From: Octopus vulgaris
Taxonomy: Eukaryota
Assembly: GCA_951406725.2 (NCBI GenBank)
Contig: OX597835.1
Coordinates: 22,568,001-22,632,000 of the forward strand
Reading direction: 5' to 3'
Length of the DNA stretch: 64,000 bases
Part shown: positions 53,880 to 64,000 of the stretch, in pieces
Position numbering within the stretch: position 1 is the stretch's first letter
Layout: the number at the start of each line of letters is the position of its first letter
Made by a program: the position numbers and the translations under genes
Notes under the pieces: generated by a model
The model's input: the letters and a program-made list of their open reading frames with translations, nothing else
Told to the model about the DNA's origin: nothing
Database searches by the model: none

Positions 53880-54287
53880 GGATCTTTTTGGTTTGAACGG
53901 CAGTTTTTTCTAGCAGTGTCATATGAAATTGTCACCCATAATTATGACCCTAGTATTGATCTATTGCATTTCAATCTGTGTTAGGGTCAAGGGTGGGGGA
54001 AGGGTATCTTTTTTTCTTCAGAAATGTAAATAAACCCAATCTGTTTCTTAAACGAGGGACATATTCATACGGCACAGAATGTTTTTACCTCAGTAGACGT
54101 CATTGATTGGTTGAAATTGCAGAAATTGAAGAAAAAAAAACAACAAATATCTTACAAACTATAGAATTTTCTCAAAGCCAAGAGAAAAAGATGTTTTATA
54201 AACACATTCTACCAGTATACGAAGTTTAAAAGTGTTTAGTTACGCAGAAATTATTTTTAAAAACTGCCGTTCAAACCGAAAAGATCC
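53880..54287. mobile_element. MITE with ~27-bp TIRs and 8-9-bp TSD (Merlin- or MULE-like) inside a SINE A copy
   Basis: GGATCTTTTTGGTTTGAACGGCAGTTTTT / AAAAACTGCCGTTCAAACCGAAAAGATCC; TSD TAGCACTG(G). Confidence 0.85.
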
Positions 54288-54881
54288 TAGCACTGGGCTG
54301 ACCAAAGCCTTGTGAATGGATTTGGTTGACATGAACTGAAAGAAGCTCGTCGTGTGTGTGCCTATGTCACCGCCGCTTGACAACGTGTTTGTATACGTTC
54401 TCGCAACTGAGCGGTTCGACAAAAGAGAACGATAGCATAAGTATTGGGCTTTGAAATAAGTGTTAGGATCGATTCGTTCGGCTAAATCCTTCATAACGGT
54501 GCCCTAGCATGGCCGCTGTCCTATACCTGAAACAAGTAAAAAAATATATGGGAAAGATTTGGTTGTTACTTCTAGCAGATCGAACGACCACGTAGAGGCC
54601 ACCTTCGGTTGATTCAATGCTCCTGTATCTTCTAATTGGTGTCTCGTTCGCCTCATAGTAAGAAAGTCTAATCACCAATTGCTCAATGCATGTGAGACTG
54701 TTACAATACAAGAACACCAACCATGTTACACCATACTATTGCAATACAGGGATCGGTTGTTATTTGCGAATCAGACGTTCACCTCATGTAATTTTTAGGA
54801 AAACGAAATTTAATCAAATCGGCGAGCGGTGTCACGCATGCACAAATACACACACGCACACATTTATTATACAACGGTGTT

Positions 54882-54953
<72 letters not shown>

Positions 54954-55035
54954 GGTCCCGGGTTGAGTCGGGGTTAACCACAGTAAATAAGGTACTCAAT
55001 ACATAGCAGAGTAAATTAATTTATTTTATAGAAGG

Positions 55036-55086
55036 AGCTTCTACAGGACTAGAACTGTTTCATTCAAAAGAAATCATCAGGAAGCT
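55036..55086 (-). ncRNA. Type-I hammerhead ribozyme motif (PLE type)
   Basis: AGCTTC-CTGATGA-TTTC-TTTT-GAAT-GAAA-CAG-TTCTAGTC-CTG-TA-GAAGCT: intact core, 6-bp stem I, stem III CAG/CTG, GUA cleavage triplet; stem II closes with a U-U mismatch. Confidence 0.75.
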
Positions 55087-55142
55087 TCCTGATTATTTCT
55101 TTTGAATGAAACAGTTCTAGTCCTGTAGAAGCTCCTTCTATA

Positions 55143-55179
<37 letters not shown>

Positions 55180-55740
55180 CACATATATACGATGCGGCCC
55201 TGAAAAGTTCCTGGCTTTGGGTAATAGAAAATACAGGAAAATCAGTTAATTTTGATTTTATTCAACATATTCCCCTCTCAGACACACACATTTATTGCAG
55301 CGGTCCTTAGGTTTTTTCTAAGCCCTGTAAAAAAAAAAACTCGGAAGATCGGGCCTTCAATCAGGCCTTTCGCGACACCCTTAAAGCCTGGAACTTTTCA
55401 AGGCGGAGGTAAAGAAAAGGTGCGACACCCGTTTTCGGCGTAACGAAAACCCTAATCCTAACCCTAAACCTTCAACTCTTACACCCTAACCCTAACCATC
55501 GGGTGTACGTAGTCTTTAATCTAGACAGATTTCCAAACCTGGGCACCAAACAGTTAATCGTTAATTAACGAAGTTAACGTTTTCGTTAACGATTTAATTT
55601 TAAAGTTAACTTTGGAAATCATTATCGGACTAATTAACTTCCGTTAAGTGAAGTTGCTACGACGATCTTTAAGCTCAAGGACTTGAAATCCAATTGGGCG
55701 TCTACTGTAGCCCCTTGGTCGACGCATTTATACCAATACC

Positions 55741-56152
55741 TATTTCTGTACTACCCACAAGGGGCTAAACACAGAGGGGACAAACAAGGACAGACATAGG
55801 TATTAAGTCAATTACATCGACCCCAGTGCGTAACTGGTACTTAATTTATCGACCCCGAAAGGATGAAAGGCAAAGTCGACCTCGGCGCAATTTGAACTCA
55901 CAACGTAACGGCAGACGAAATACCTATTTCTTTATTACCCACAAGGGGCTAAACACAGAGGGGACAAACAAGGACAGACATAGGTATTAAGTCGATTACA
56001 TCGACCCCAGTGCGTAACTGGTACTTAATTTATCGACCCCGAAAGGATGAAAGGCAAAGTCGACCTCGACGCAATTTGAACTCAGAACGTAACGGCAGAC
56101 GAAATACCGCCAAGCATTTCGTCCGCCGTGCTAACGAATCTGCCAGCTTGCC
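55741..56152 (-). mobile_element. SINE family B with duplicated body and 17-bp TSD
   Basis: TSD GCATTTATACCAATACC at 55724-55740 and 56153-56169. Confidence 0.88.
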
Positions 56153-57534
56153 GCATTTATACCAATACCGAAGGGTCGCTCAGTTACACACGACATTGTG
56201 TGCGTGTGTGCGCTGTTACTAATTAACTACGGAAGCACAATACAAATTACATCCCTCCACACACACACACATGTACTTCCATAGTAGCGTCAACGTATTT
56301 GTTGACATTTTTGCATGCAAATTAAAAATGATTCCTCGTAGTGGTTCTGTTGAAAGTGTGCTTGTCTTAAACTTTAGGGTACAAAATATAGTGACAAGTA
56401 AACGACGACTGTATGAGGTGGTCGTGAGATGTGCTAAAAATAACAGCTAAATACCCCCCCCCCCCCTAAATCACAAGTTTTTTTTTTTGTTTTTTTTTTT
56501 GCATAGTCGTATGATTTCCCGTGTGTAGATCACGAATTCTCAAAAGTTTTCTGAAAATTCCTATAAAATAAGGAAGTTATGAGGGGTTAAATTCCGTGCG
56601 TAGAGTAGAATTCCGTCCAAATATATTCTAATGAATACTTTGAGTAATTACGAAAGTGTTTGGTGGTGGTGGTGGTGGGAAACTTCAGGAAACTGTTTGA
56701 TTATTGGTAAAGTGACGAGCAGGCAGAATCGTTAGTATGCCGGGTGAAATGCTTAGCAGCATTTCGTCCGTCTTTGCGTTCTGAGTTCAAATTCTGCCGA
56801 GGTCGACTTTGCCTTTCATCCTTTCGGGATCGATAAATTACCAGTGAAACACTGGGGTCGATGTATTCGACTAGTCCTCTTCAAAATTTCAGGCCTTGTG
56901 CCTTTAATAGAAAGGATTATTATTATTAAGTCGGCAGAACTTAGAGTGGCTCAAGAGCTAAGAGTGTCGTGCTCAGTACTTACCCATCTTGTTTCAAATT
57001 AGGCGTGTGTGTGTGTGTGTGTAAGATGGAGGTTCATTTATAAAGACCGGCTGAAATTGTATTTGTATTACCAACACACATACATACACATTTCTTTACT
57101 ACCCACAAGGGGCTAAACACAGAGGGGACAAACAAACAAGGACGCACAAACGGATTAAGTCGATTAACTGGTACTTAATTTATCGACCCCGAAAGGATGA
57201 AAGGCAAAGTCGACCTCGGCGGAAGCTTCAGGCAGTCCGTAGCAGGTAAAGGAGAACTAAAAGTGGACAGTGTACGAAAAAGAACAATAACAATTTATTG
57301 GCATTGAAAGTTACACATTTTTTCTTTCCATATCGAAGTTACGAGGAAATTCAATAAGCTGATAGTTTCTTCATAGCTTACAGCTAGCAGCAACTAGTTG
57401 CTACATTTTGCTCTCTCGGCTGGGCCAATCTTTTGGTCGAAACATATCTAAGCATGTATTGTTATCTTTCGTGAGGGTCATTCATTCATCCCCACCCCTT
57501 CAATAAACACACGCACTATATACTCTTTTTTTTT

Positions 57535-57882
57535 ACTCTTTTACTTGTTTCAGTCATTTGACTGCGGCCATGCTGGAGCACCGCCTTTAGTCGAGCAAAT
57601 CGACCTCGGGACTTATTCTTTGTAAGCCCAGTACTTATTCTATCGGTCTCCTTTTGCCGAACCGCTAAGTGACGGGGACATTAACACACCAGCATCGGTT
57701 GTCAAGCAATGCTAGGGGGACAAACACAGACACACAAATATATATACACACACTTATATATATACATATATACGACAGGCTTCTTTCAGTTTCCGTCTAC
57801 CAAATCCACTCACAAGGCATTGGTCGGCCCGAGGCTATAGTAGAAGACACTTGCCCAAGATGCCACGCAGTGGGACTGAACA
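57535..57882 (-). mobile_element. SINE family A, 5'-truncated
   Basis: Reverse match to family A. Confidence 0.85.
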
Positions 57883-57884
57883 CG

Positions 57885-57995
57885 GTTCGTTCTTCACTCA
57901 TTTATTTTACTGTTCGTATTTTAACCCGTGTCCATTGTCTGAAAATCTTTCGTCACACATCTGTGACCTCTTCAGTGATGCATTTCGTCCCCGTA
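57885..57995 (-). mobile_element. Penelope-like terminal-repeat fragment with hammerhead-like motif (family of 1.1/2.2 kb)
   Basis: CTGAAGA-G-GTCACA-GATG-TGTGAC-GAAA-GATTTTCAGAC; perfect 6-bp stem II, stem I unclear. Confidence 0.55.
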
Positions 57996-58577
57996 CATGC
58001 CCCTGCCCGCAGAAAACTGTTTAAAAAGAAACTTGGTTTTGATGGTGTGTGTGTGTGTGTGTGGAAACCCCCCACACACACGCGCGTAACCTCAACGCCG
58101 TCGCTCGAACGATATCTTTAGAAATAGCAACGGCATCTCCCTCAAATCACGCCCTGTCGCCTTTGAAGCACACCTACTCAATCGCATCCCCACTTCTGAA
58201 TTCGTTTCCTCATAACTCTCAGAAAAAATTGATAGTCTTTTAATGAAATTTTCTACAAATACCTTTCAGATGACGTAGATTCCGATTATATCGGAATTTA
58301 ATGCGGAAAAAAAAAATTGGGACGGGGGTGAGGGGTTCCGGATAATTCATACGAGTCGACTTTGTTTCCTCATAACTTTCAAGCAGGCAGATATTTTAAA
58401 AGTAATTTTACTCAAATACCTTTCAGGTGGTGTATACTACGATTACATCGAAAATTAGTGTGTGTGCTAGGGGGTATGGTAGGCGCGTACGCATACATAC
58501 TCATACACGTCACATAATTTTTTCAAAATTTTACTTTCAGTTTGTACATGGTTGTGTGTGTGTGTGTACGCGCCCAT

Positions 58578-58625
<48 letters not shown>

Positions 58626-58676
58626 GGTGTAACGTTTATACTAGTCTTGATAGAATTGTCATATCGGTTCAATTTT

Positions 58677-58729
58677 AACAAAACTGTCCGACGAACGGGA
58701 ACGTGAAACTCCGAGTAACAGGTTTTGTT
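58677..58729 (+). ncRNA. Minimal hammerhead-like motif (core variant CCGACGA)
   Basis: AACAAAACTGT-CCGACGA-ACG-GGAA-CGT-GAAA-CTCCGAG-TA-ACAGGTTTTGTT, in a ~207-bp unit (58622-58828) between (TA)n tracts; homologous to the 62.7-kb element. Confidence 0.7.
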
Positions 58730-58950
58730 GAATTTCTGCTGCTTTTAAATAAAGCATATTACTCTACCCCTGGTATTTGAGTACTCTTTTTTTCCACCTT
58801 GTTTCACATTTATGTGTTTACTCCGGTATATATATATATATATATATAAATTCATAAATGAGGGTGCAAAATTAGATATTAATTTAATAATACTGTCAGT
58901 TTAACACCAAGTGGCCCAGCACATAGAAACCAGGGAGACAGTGAAAAATT

Positions 58951-59052
58951 TATATATAAATATAAGAGAGTTAACGATAAGTGGCTAACTCCAGTGCTAT
59001 TTCTAGCACTGGAGTTAGCCACTTATCGTTAACTCTCTTATATTTATATATA
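58951..59052. repeat. Perfect inverted repeat, 49-bp arms, 4-nt loop
   Basis: ...GAGAGTTAACGATAAGTGGCTAACTCCAGTGCTA-TTTC-TAGCACTGGAGTTAGCCACTTATCGTTAACTCTC... Confidence 0.95.
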
Positions 59053-60027
59053 TATATAGAGAGAGAGAGATAGATAGATAGATATATATATATAAATAAT
59101 TTTACATTAAATTCCAATATCGTAATCCACACTACCTCAAAGGTATTTTTGTTGAAAATTCTATTAGAAATTTATTTTTCTTAAAGTTACAAGGAAATAA
59201 ATTCGGTGAGACATGGGTAGACTTGTGTAGGTATGTGCCCCTCCTACACACACGCACACCAAAATAAAAAGGCAATTGTCACGGCTGGAAGGTCATCTAT
59301 GATCATAGGTCAGTTTGATTAGGGCTGACTTGGAACTAAACAGCACATTAATCGTGCAATCTTAATGTTATTGTAACTGACTTAGCTTTATTTTGAACTA
59401 ATGATTCAGCAGCGGATATTGGTGGGTTCTCTGCGGAAACGCATTTGGTACCCTCATCGCGGTAACGCAGGATCGTTCCACGCAAAATCAGTTCTATTTG
59501 TTTCAGTCACTGAACTGCGGCCGTGCTGGAGCACTGTTTATAAGGGTTTGAAGTCGACCGAATCGACCCTCGGTACTTTCTTTTTCTTCTTTTTTTTTTT
59601 GTTTTGTTTTGTTAGACCTGATATTTATTGTATGGACAGACTTCTTACGCGGAACCCCGCTAGGTTGCAAGGACGCAAACAAACCAGCACCGGTTGTCAA
59701 GCGGTGGTGGTGGTGAAGCATAAACACAAAACACACAAACGCATAGTACGATGGGCTTCTTTCAGTTTCCATCTACCAAATTCTCTAACAAAGTTTCAGT
59801 TGGCATAAGGATTATGGTAGAAGGTAAGGTGCCACGCAGAGGCAATGAACCTGGAACCATGTCGTTGAGAAGCGAACATTTTACCTCACGGCCACTGTAA
59901 TATATCGGATTTGTTTTATTTTAGTAAATCATTTATGATTTTTTTTTTAATATTAAAAAAAAAAAAACTTTTTTATCTGTTCTATTCTTGCGTGTTACTC
60001 CGATTTTCTGTACCGGAAATTGAAAAA

Positions 60028-60424
60028 TCTTTATATATAAAAGTCAAGTTGTGTGTATGTCTCCTACGATTTAGATTCCTAACTACTCCCACATTTTGCG
60101 GTGCAGTGTAACCAAAAGCGGGTATCTTATAGTCGTGATTCATATCGAACCTTTCTGGGTATTAGCGCGCGTCCACGATGAGTCTACGATTTTAAAAATA
60201 ATTTACCATCATTTTTTTCCATTTTAATGCATTTTTTGGCTATTATATAAGGGAAGTAACTCTCTAAAAATGTCTACGATGAGTCAACGATTTAAAAAAA
60301 AATTACCATCATTTTCCCCCCATTTTTAATGCTTCTTTTTGCTATTTTTTGGCTATAACTCTCTAAAAATGCTTATATAGTTATTTCCCTTACAAACCCG
60401 AGCAACGCCGGGCGATACTGCTAG
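60028..60424 (+). mobile_element. Non-autonomous Helitron
   Basis: A|TC start, CCCGAGCAACGCCGGG hairpin, CTAG|T end; homologous to 10684-11077. Confidence 0.85.
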
Positions 60425-60747
60425 TAAATGAATAAAATTGAAACTTTATGAAACTGGACGATTTTAAACTGGCCAGCTGTTTAAACCTCAGGTCAGGTCA
60501 GCTCTCATTAAAGACTTTCCTGCCGTGACTATACTGTCAAAGTCTAAAAGTACCGTGCACCTAGATACCCATTTTCCCAGGTGATTTGCTTTGTTTTCTG
60601 TTTCTGAAAACAGCAAGGATGATATGAAAGACGTTTGGTTGCCATTTCCAGCAAATCAAACAGCTACAGGTCACCGATGCACACACACACACACACTTGG
60701 ATGTGATATCCAGACGAGTGCTGTCTACAGTCATGTTACGGTTGTTT

Positions 60748-61250
60748 CCCTTCTCTTCTGCCTCTTTACTTCTCCTTCCCTACTCCTCTTCCTTCCACCT
60801 TTCTCTTTTTCCCCCTCTTCTCCTTCCTCCTCCCACACTTGTTCCTTCCCTTCTTTCTACTCTTCCATTTTTACCTCGCTCTCTTCCTCCTCTAACTCTT
60901 CTTCTTTCTCTTTTACTTCGCACTCTTCCTTCCCTTCTTTTCTACTTTTTCTCTTCCTCTCACTCTGCTTCCTTCCTCTTTCTACTTCACCCTCTTGCTC
61001 CTCTCACTCTTCTTCTTTCCCTTCTTTATACTCTTCGTCTTTTACTTCGCCCTCTTCCTTCCCTTCTTTTCTACTCTTTGTCTTTTACTTCGCCCTCTTC
61101 CTTCCCTTCTTTTCTACTCTCCCTCTTTTAATTCGCCCTCTTCCTTCCCTTCTTTTCTACTCTTCTTCTTTTACTTCGCCCTTTCTCTTCCTCTCACTCT
61201 TCTTCCTTCCCCCTCTTTCTACTCCTCCTTTACTTCGTCCTCTTCATCCT
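60748..61250. repeat. Polypyrimidine low-complexity tract with ~43-bp internal repeats
   Basis: Recurrent TTTCTACTCTT..TCTTTTACTTCGCCCTCTTCCTTCCCTTC. Confidence 0.85.
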
Positions 61251-62622
61251 CGTTAACAAGAGTGGAGGTCGTGTCATGTGTGTTGTTGATTTTATGTGAT
61301 GCTTTGGTAGTGATGGCGGGATATTGTTTTACCCCAAACCCCAGATCGAAAGACGTTCCAACCGTAATCATCCTGTCCTGTTGTTGTCAAGACATTATCA
61401 GATTTTTAGATAAACTTATTTTGTTTTAGCAGCTCGAGCGAGCGACTGCCTCTCAATAATCTTATTTTACAATGATGTGATTAGTGTTGGTGACGATTGA
61501 CGACGTTAGCCCCCCCCCAGATCAGCTCTGGTTGAGGCCTTCCACCCGGAGCCATCCCGCCTTTTCCCTAGGCACAGTACCCATCTGCTGTACATTCCTT
61601 TTCTAATTCAATGTAGGGAGGTTTGGCTGCTATATAATAGCAATGTCGATTGACAGCGTAAGAAGCTCCTTCGTTGGTTTGTGATGGTGATGATGTCCTA
61701 GGTCAACCCTGGCTATTGATTATTCCAGCCACGACCCTCCCGCCTTCCAGAAGTAGGGAACCCGTGACGGAGGTGGTGGTGTTGTTGGTAATGGTCGTGG
61801 TATGTTGTTATTTAGCTCGGTCAACAGTGATCGAGCAGACAGACCTTTGGTGTCAGGCGTTCCAGCCATGATCAGCCTGCTTTTTCCCAAAGAAGCATCC
61901 CAGGACTACATCGTTTTATGCTTGTCCTTCCTAGTTGAAGGCCATGCACTGTGATTTAGTTGCCTTTTCTAGCAGGTTGAGCGACCACTACACTTTTGGT
62001 TCTTTTATTGTGTTGCTGGTAGTGGCGGTGATGGAATGTTGTTTAACTGCAGGTCAGGTATGGCTGTATGGTAAGAAATTTACTTCCCAACCACATGGTT
62101 CCGGGTTCAGTACCTTTGCGTAGCACCTTGGGCAAGTGTCTTCTCTAACCCCAAGTTGACCAAAGCTTTCTGAGCTGACTTGGTCGACGGAAACTAAATA
62201 TATTGTAAAAGTGGTAGTGTGAGTTGAGCGAGATTTGGCTGCTATTTCTAGTTGTCGTTTGTAGTGGTCGTGATAGTAGCGTTAGCCTTAACCTTAACTC
62301 CCCCTTTCACCTCTTACACACTTTCTTCTACTCATCCTTCTCTCTTCTTTATACCAACCACCCTCGCTCCCCTCTTCACTCTTTCTTTTCCTATCCCTCC
62401 CTGTTCCTCTTCCGCTCTCTTTCTGTAACTCTTCCCTCCTACTCTCTTTTTCCCAGTCATACCCTCATACCTTTCCCCTTTCCCATAATTCGTATCCTTT
62501 CTCTCTTTTCCCCCTCTCATCAGTTTTCTTTTTCTTAATATACTCTCTATCCCGTCACTTCCTCTCCCTCTCTCTCTATATATATATATCGTCTTCCCCC
62601 TTCTCTCCCTGTATGTCTATAT

Positions 62623-62656
<34 letters not shown>

Positions 62657-62736
62657 TTTATTTTAAGCAGCAGAAAATTCAACAAAATCTGTTACTCTGA
62701 GTTTCTCGTTGCCGTTCATCAGACAGTTTTTGCTAG

Positions 62737-62786
62737 CAAAAACTGTCTGATGAACGACAACGAGAAACTCAGAGTAACAGATTTTG
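62737..62786 (+). ncRNA. Minimal type-I hammerhead ribozyme motif, with mirror copy on the - strand at 62683-62732
   Basis: CAAAAACTGT-CTGATGA-ACG-ACAA-CGA-GAAA-CTCAGAG-TA-ACAGATTTTG: intact core, quasi-palindromic stem III, GUA site. Confidence 0.75.
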
Positions 62787-62871
62787 TTGAATTTTCTGCT
62801 GCTTAAAATAAAGCATATTACTCTACCACTGGTATTTGAGTACTCTTTTTTCACATTTATGTGTTTACTCC

Positions 62872-62903
<32 letters not shown>

Positions 62904-62905
<2 letters not shown>

Positions 62906-63102
62906 TACTACTAGCGAACAGTGGTCCCGGTGTGCGCGCCCTCGCGCAAGCTAGTCGTGACTAGTCGATCCCACAACGACTTACGTAGCAAAGTAAATAA
63001 AACACAAAAGCACAAAGTAAGGATCAACTAGTCACGACTAGCTAGTGCGGATGCGCGAGTACGCGCGTGCGCGCACCGGGACCACTGTCCGCCAGTAGTA
63101 CC
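62904..63102. mobile_element. CpG-rich MITE with long imperfect TIRs (Merlin-like GGTACT ends) in (TA)n
   Basis: GGTACTACTAGCGAACAGTGGTCCCGGTGTGCGC / GCGCGCACCGGGACCACTGTCCGCCAGTAGTACC. Confidence 0.8.
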
Positions 63103-63134
<32 letters not shown>

Positions 63135-64000
63135 TATAAAATCTTCAACCCTCTCTTTCTCGTCATCTTTCATACATTTTTTGCCTCCCATTTATTTGTA
63201 TTCCCCCCTAAAATTCCACCCCAATAGTTATACTCTTCACACCACATTGAACTGCCCCCCCCCTCTCTCTTCGTCTTCTCTCACTACCACTCTTCCCCGA
63301 CTCCACACATTGTTTTCGTTCTGTTGCTTTTCTTGTGGAGACTTCTCTTACAAAGCAGCTGTAGTAGTATTAGTAGTAGTGTCTATTATTGTTATTTATA
63401 GTAATGACTGGAACAGTGATAGTAGCTATATAGTATAGGCGCTGGTGTTGGTGGTGTCTTAGTGGTGATAATCGTAAATGCGACGGTGGTGGTGGTGGTG
63501 GCGGCGGCGGTGGTAATATTCGTATGGCTTGTGGGTAGGAGCGAGGGAGGGAGGAATGAAATTTTTTAACATATTCCCGTATATAAGCCTTCCATACCAA
63601 CAGCAACAATAATTTTTTCAATCACCAATTACCCGCCCCACCCACGCTACCACTGCCTTACTACTACTACTACTATTACTACTACTACTACTACTGCTGC
63701 TGCTGCGGCTACTGCTGCTACTTGTTATGCATGAGTTATCACCGCTGATAAATAACATCACTGGTGATACGGGTGGTGGGTGTAGTAGTAGTAGTAATAG
63801 TAATAATGATGTGGGGGGGGTCTGTCTTTCTCTACTGCACTTAATTAGTACTGCTGGTTACTGGTACTAATCACAACACAAATTAATAATACCACTACCA
63901 CCACCACCACACCAACACTACCTCAAGTGTCGTAGAAACATTTGCCACGAATACCAATCCAGCAGTAACCCACACAGTACCACATCCAGTTTTAGTAGTT

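Noticed and set aside
57420-57455. GGCCAA...TTGGTC-GAAAC hammerhead-like 3' half
   Set aside because: No CTGANGA upstream; cannot be supported.
60591-61429. Ser/Phe/Leu-rich ORFs (also 31920-32354)
   Set aside because: Polypyrimidine low-complexity tracts lack stop codons by composition.

Overview
AT-rich, repeat-dominated eukaryotic DNA. The tRNA-SINE families, RTE-type (GAT)n tails and (TA)/(CA) microsatellites resemble an Octopus (cephalopod) genome; this attribution is an inference. There is no intact protein-coding gene, and nearly all ORFs in the track are microsatellite or repeat artefacts. The window reads as large introns holding one good candidate + strand micro-exon (48448-48479) and two weaker candidate terminal exons. 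Contents: many SINE copies of at least 3 families, fragments of RTE and HERO/NeSL-like LINEs, Tc1/mariner transposase relics, hAT-, piggyBac-, Kolobok- and Merlin-like MITEs, two non-autonomous Helitrons, and a 39-bp minisatellite. The most notable signal is a set of short (~200 bp) elements embedded in (TA)n that carry minimal type-I hammerhead ribozyme motifs of the Penelope-like-element type (23.3, 55.0, 58.7 and 62.7 kb, plus a weaker family at 1.1, 2.2 and 57.9 kb). Several are near-perfect palindromes whose symmetry axis lies at the ribozyme. Coordinates were counted by hand and boundaries of degenerate repeats are approximate.
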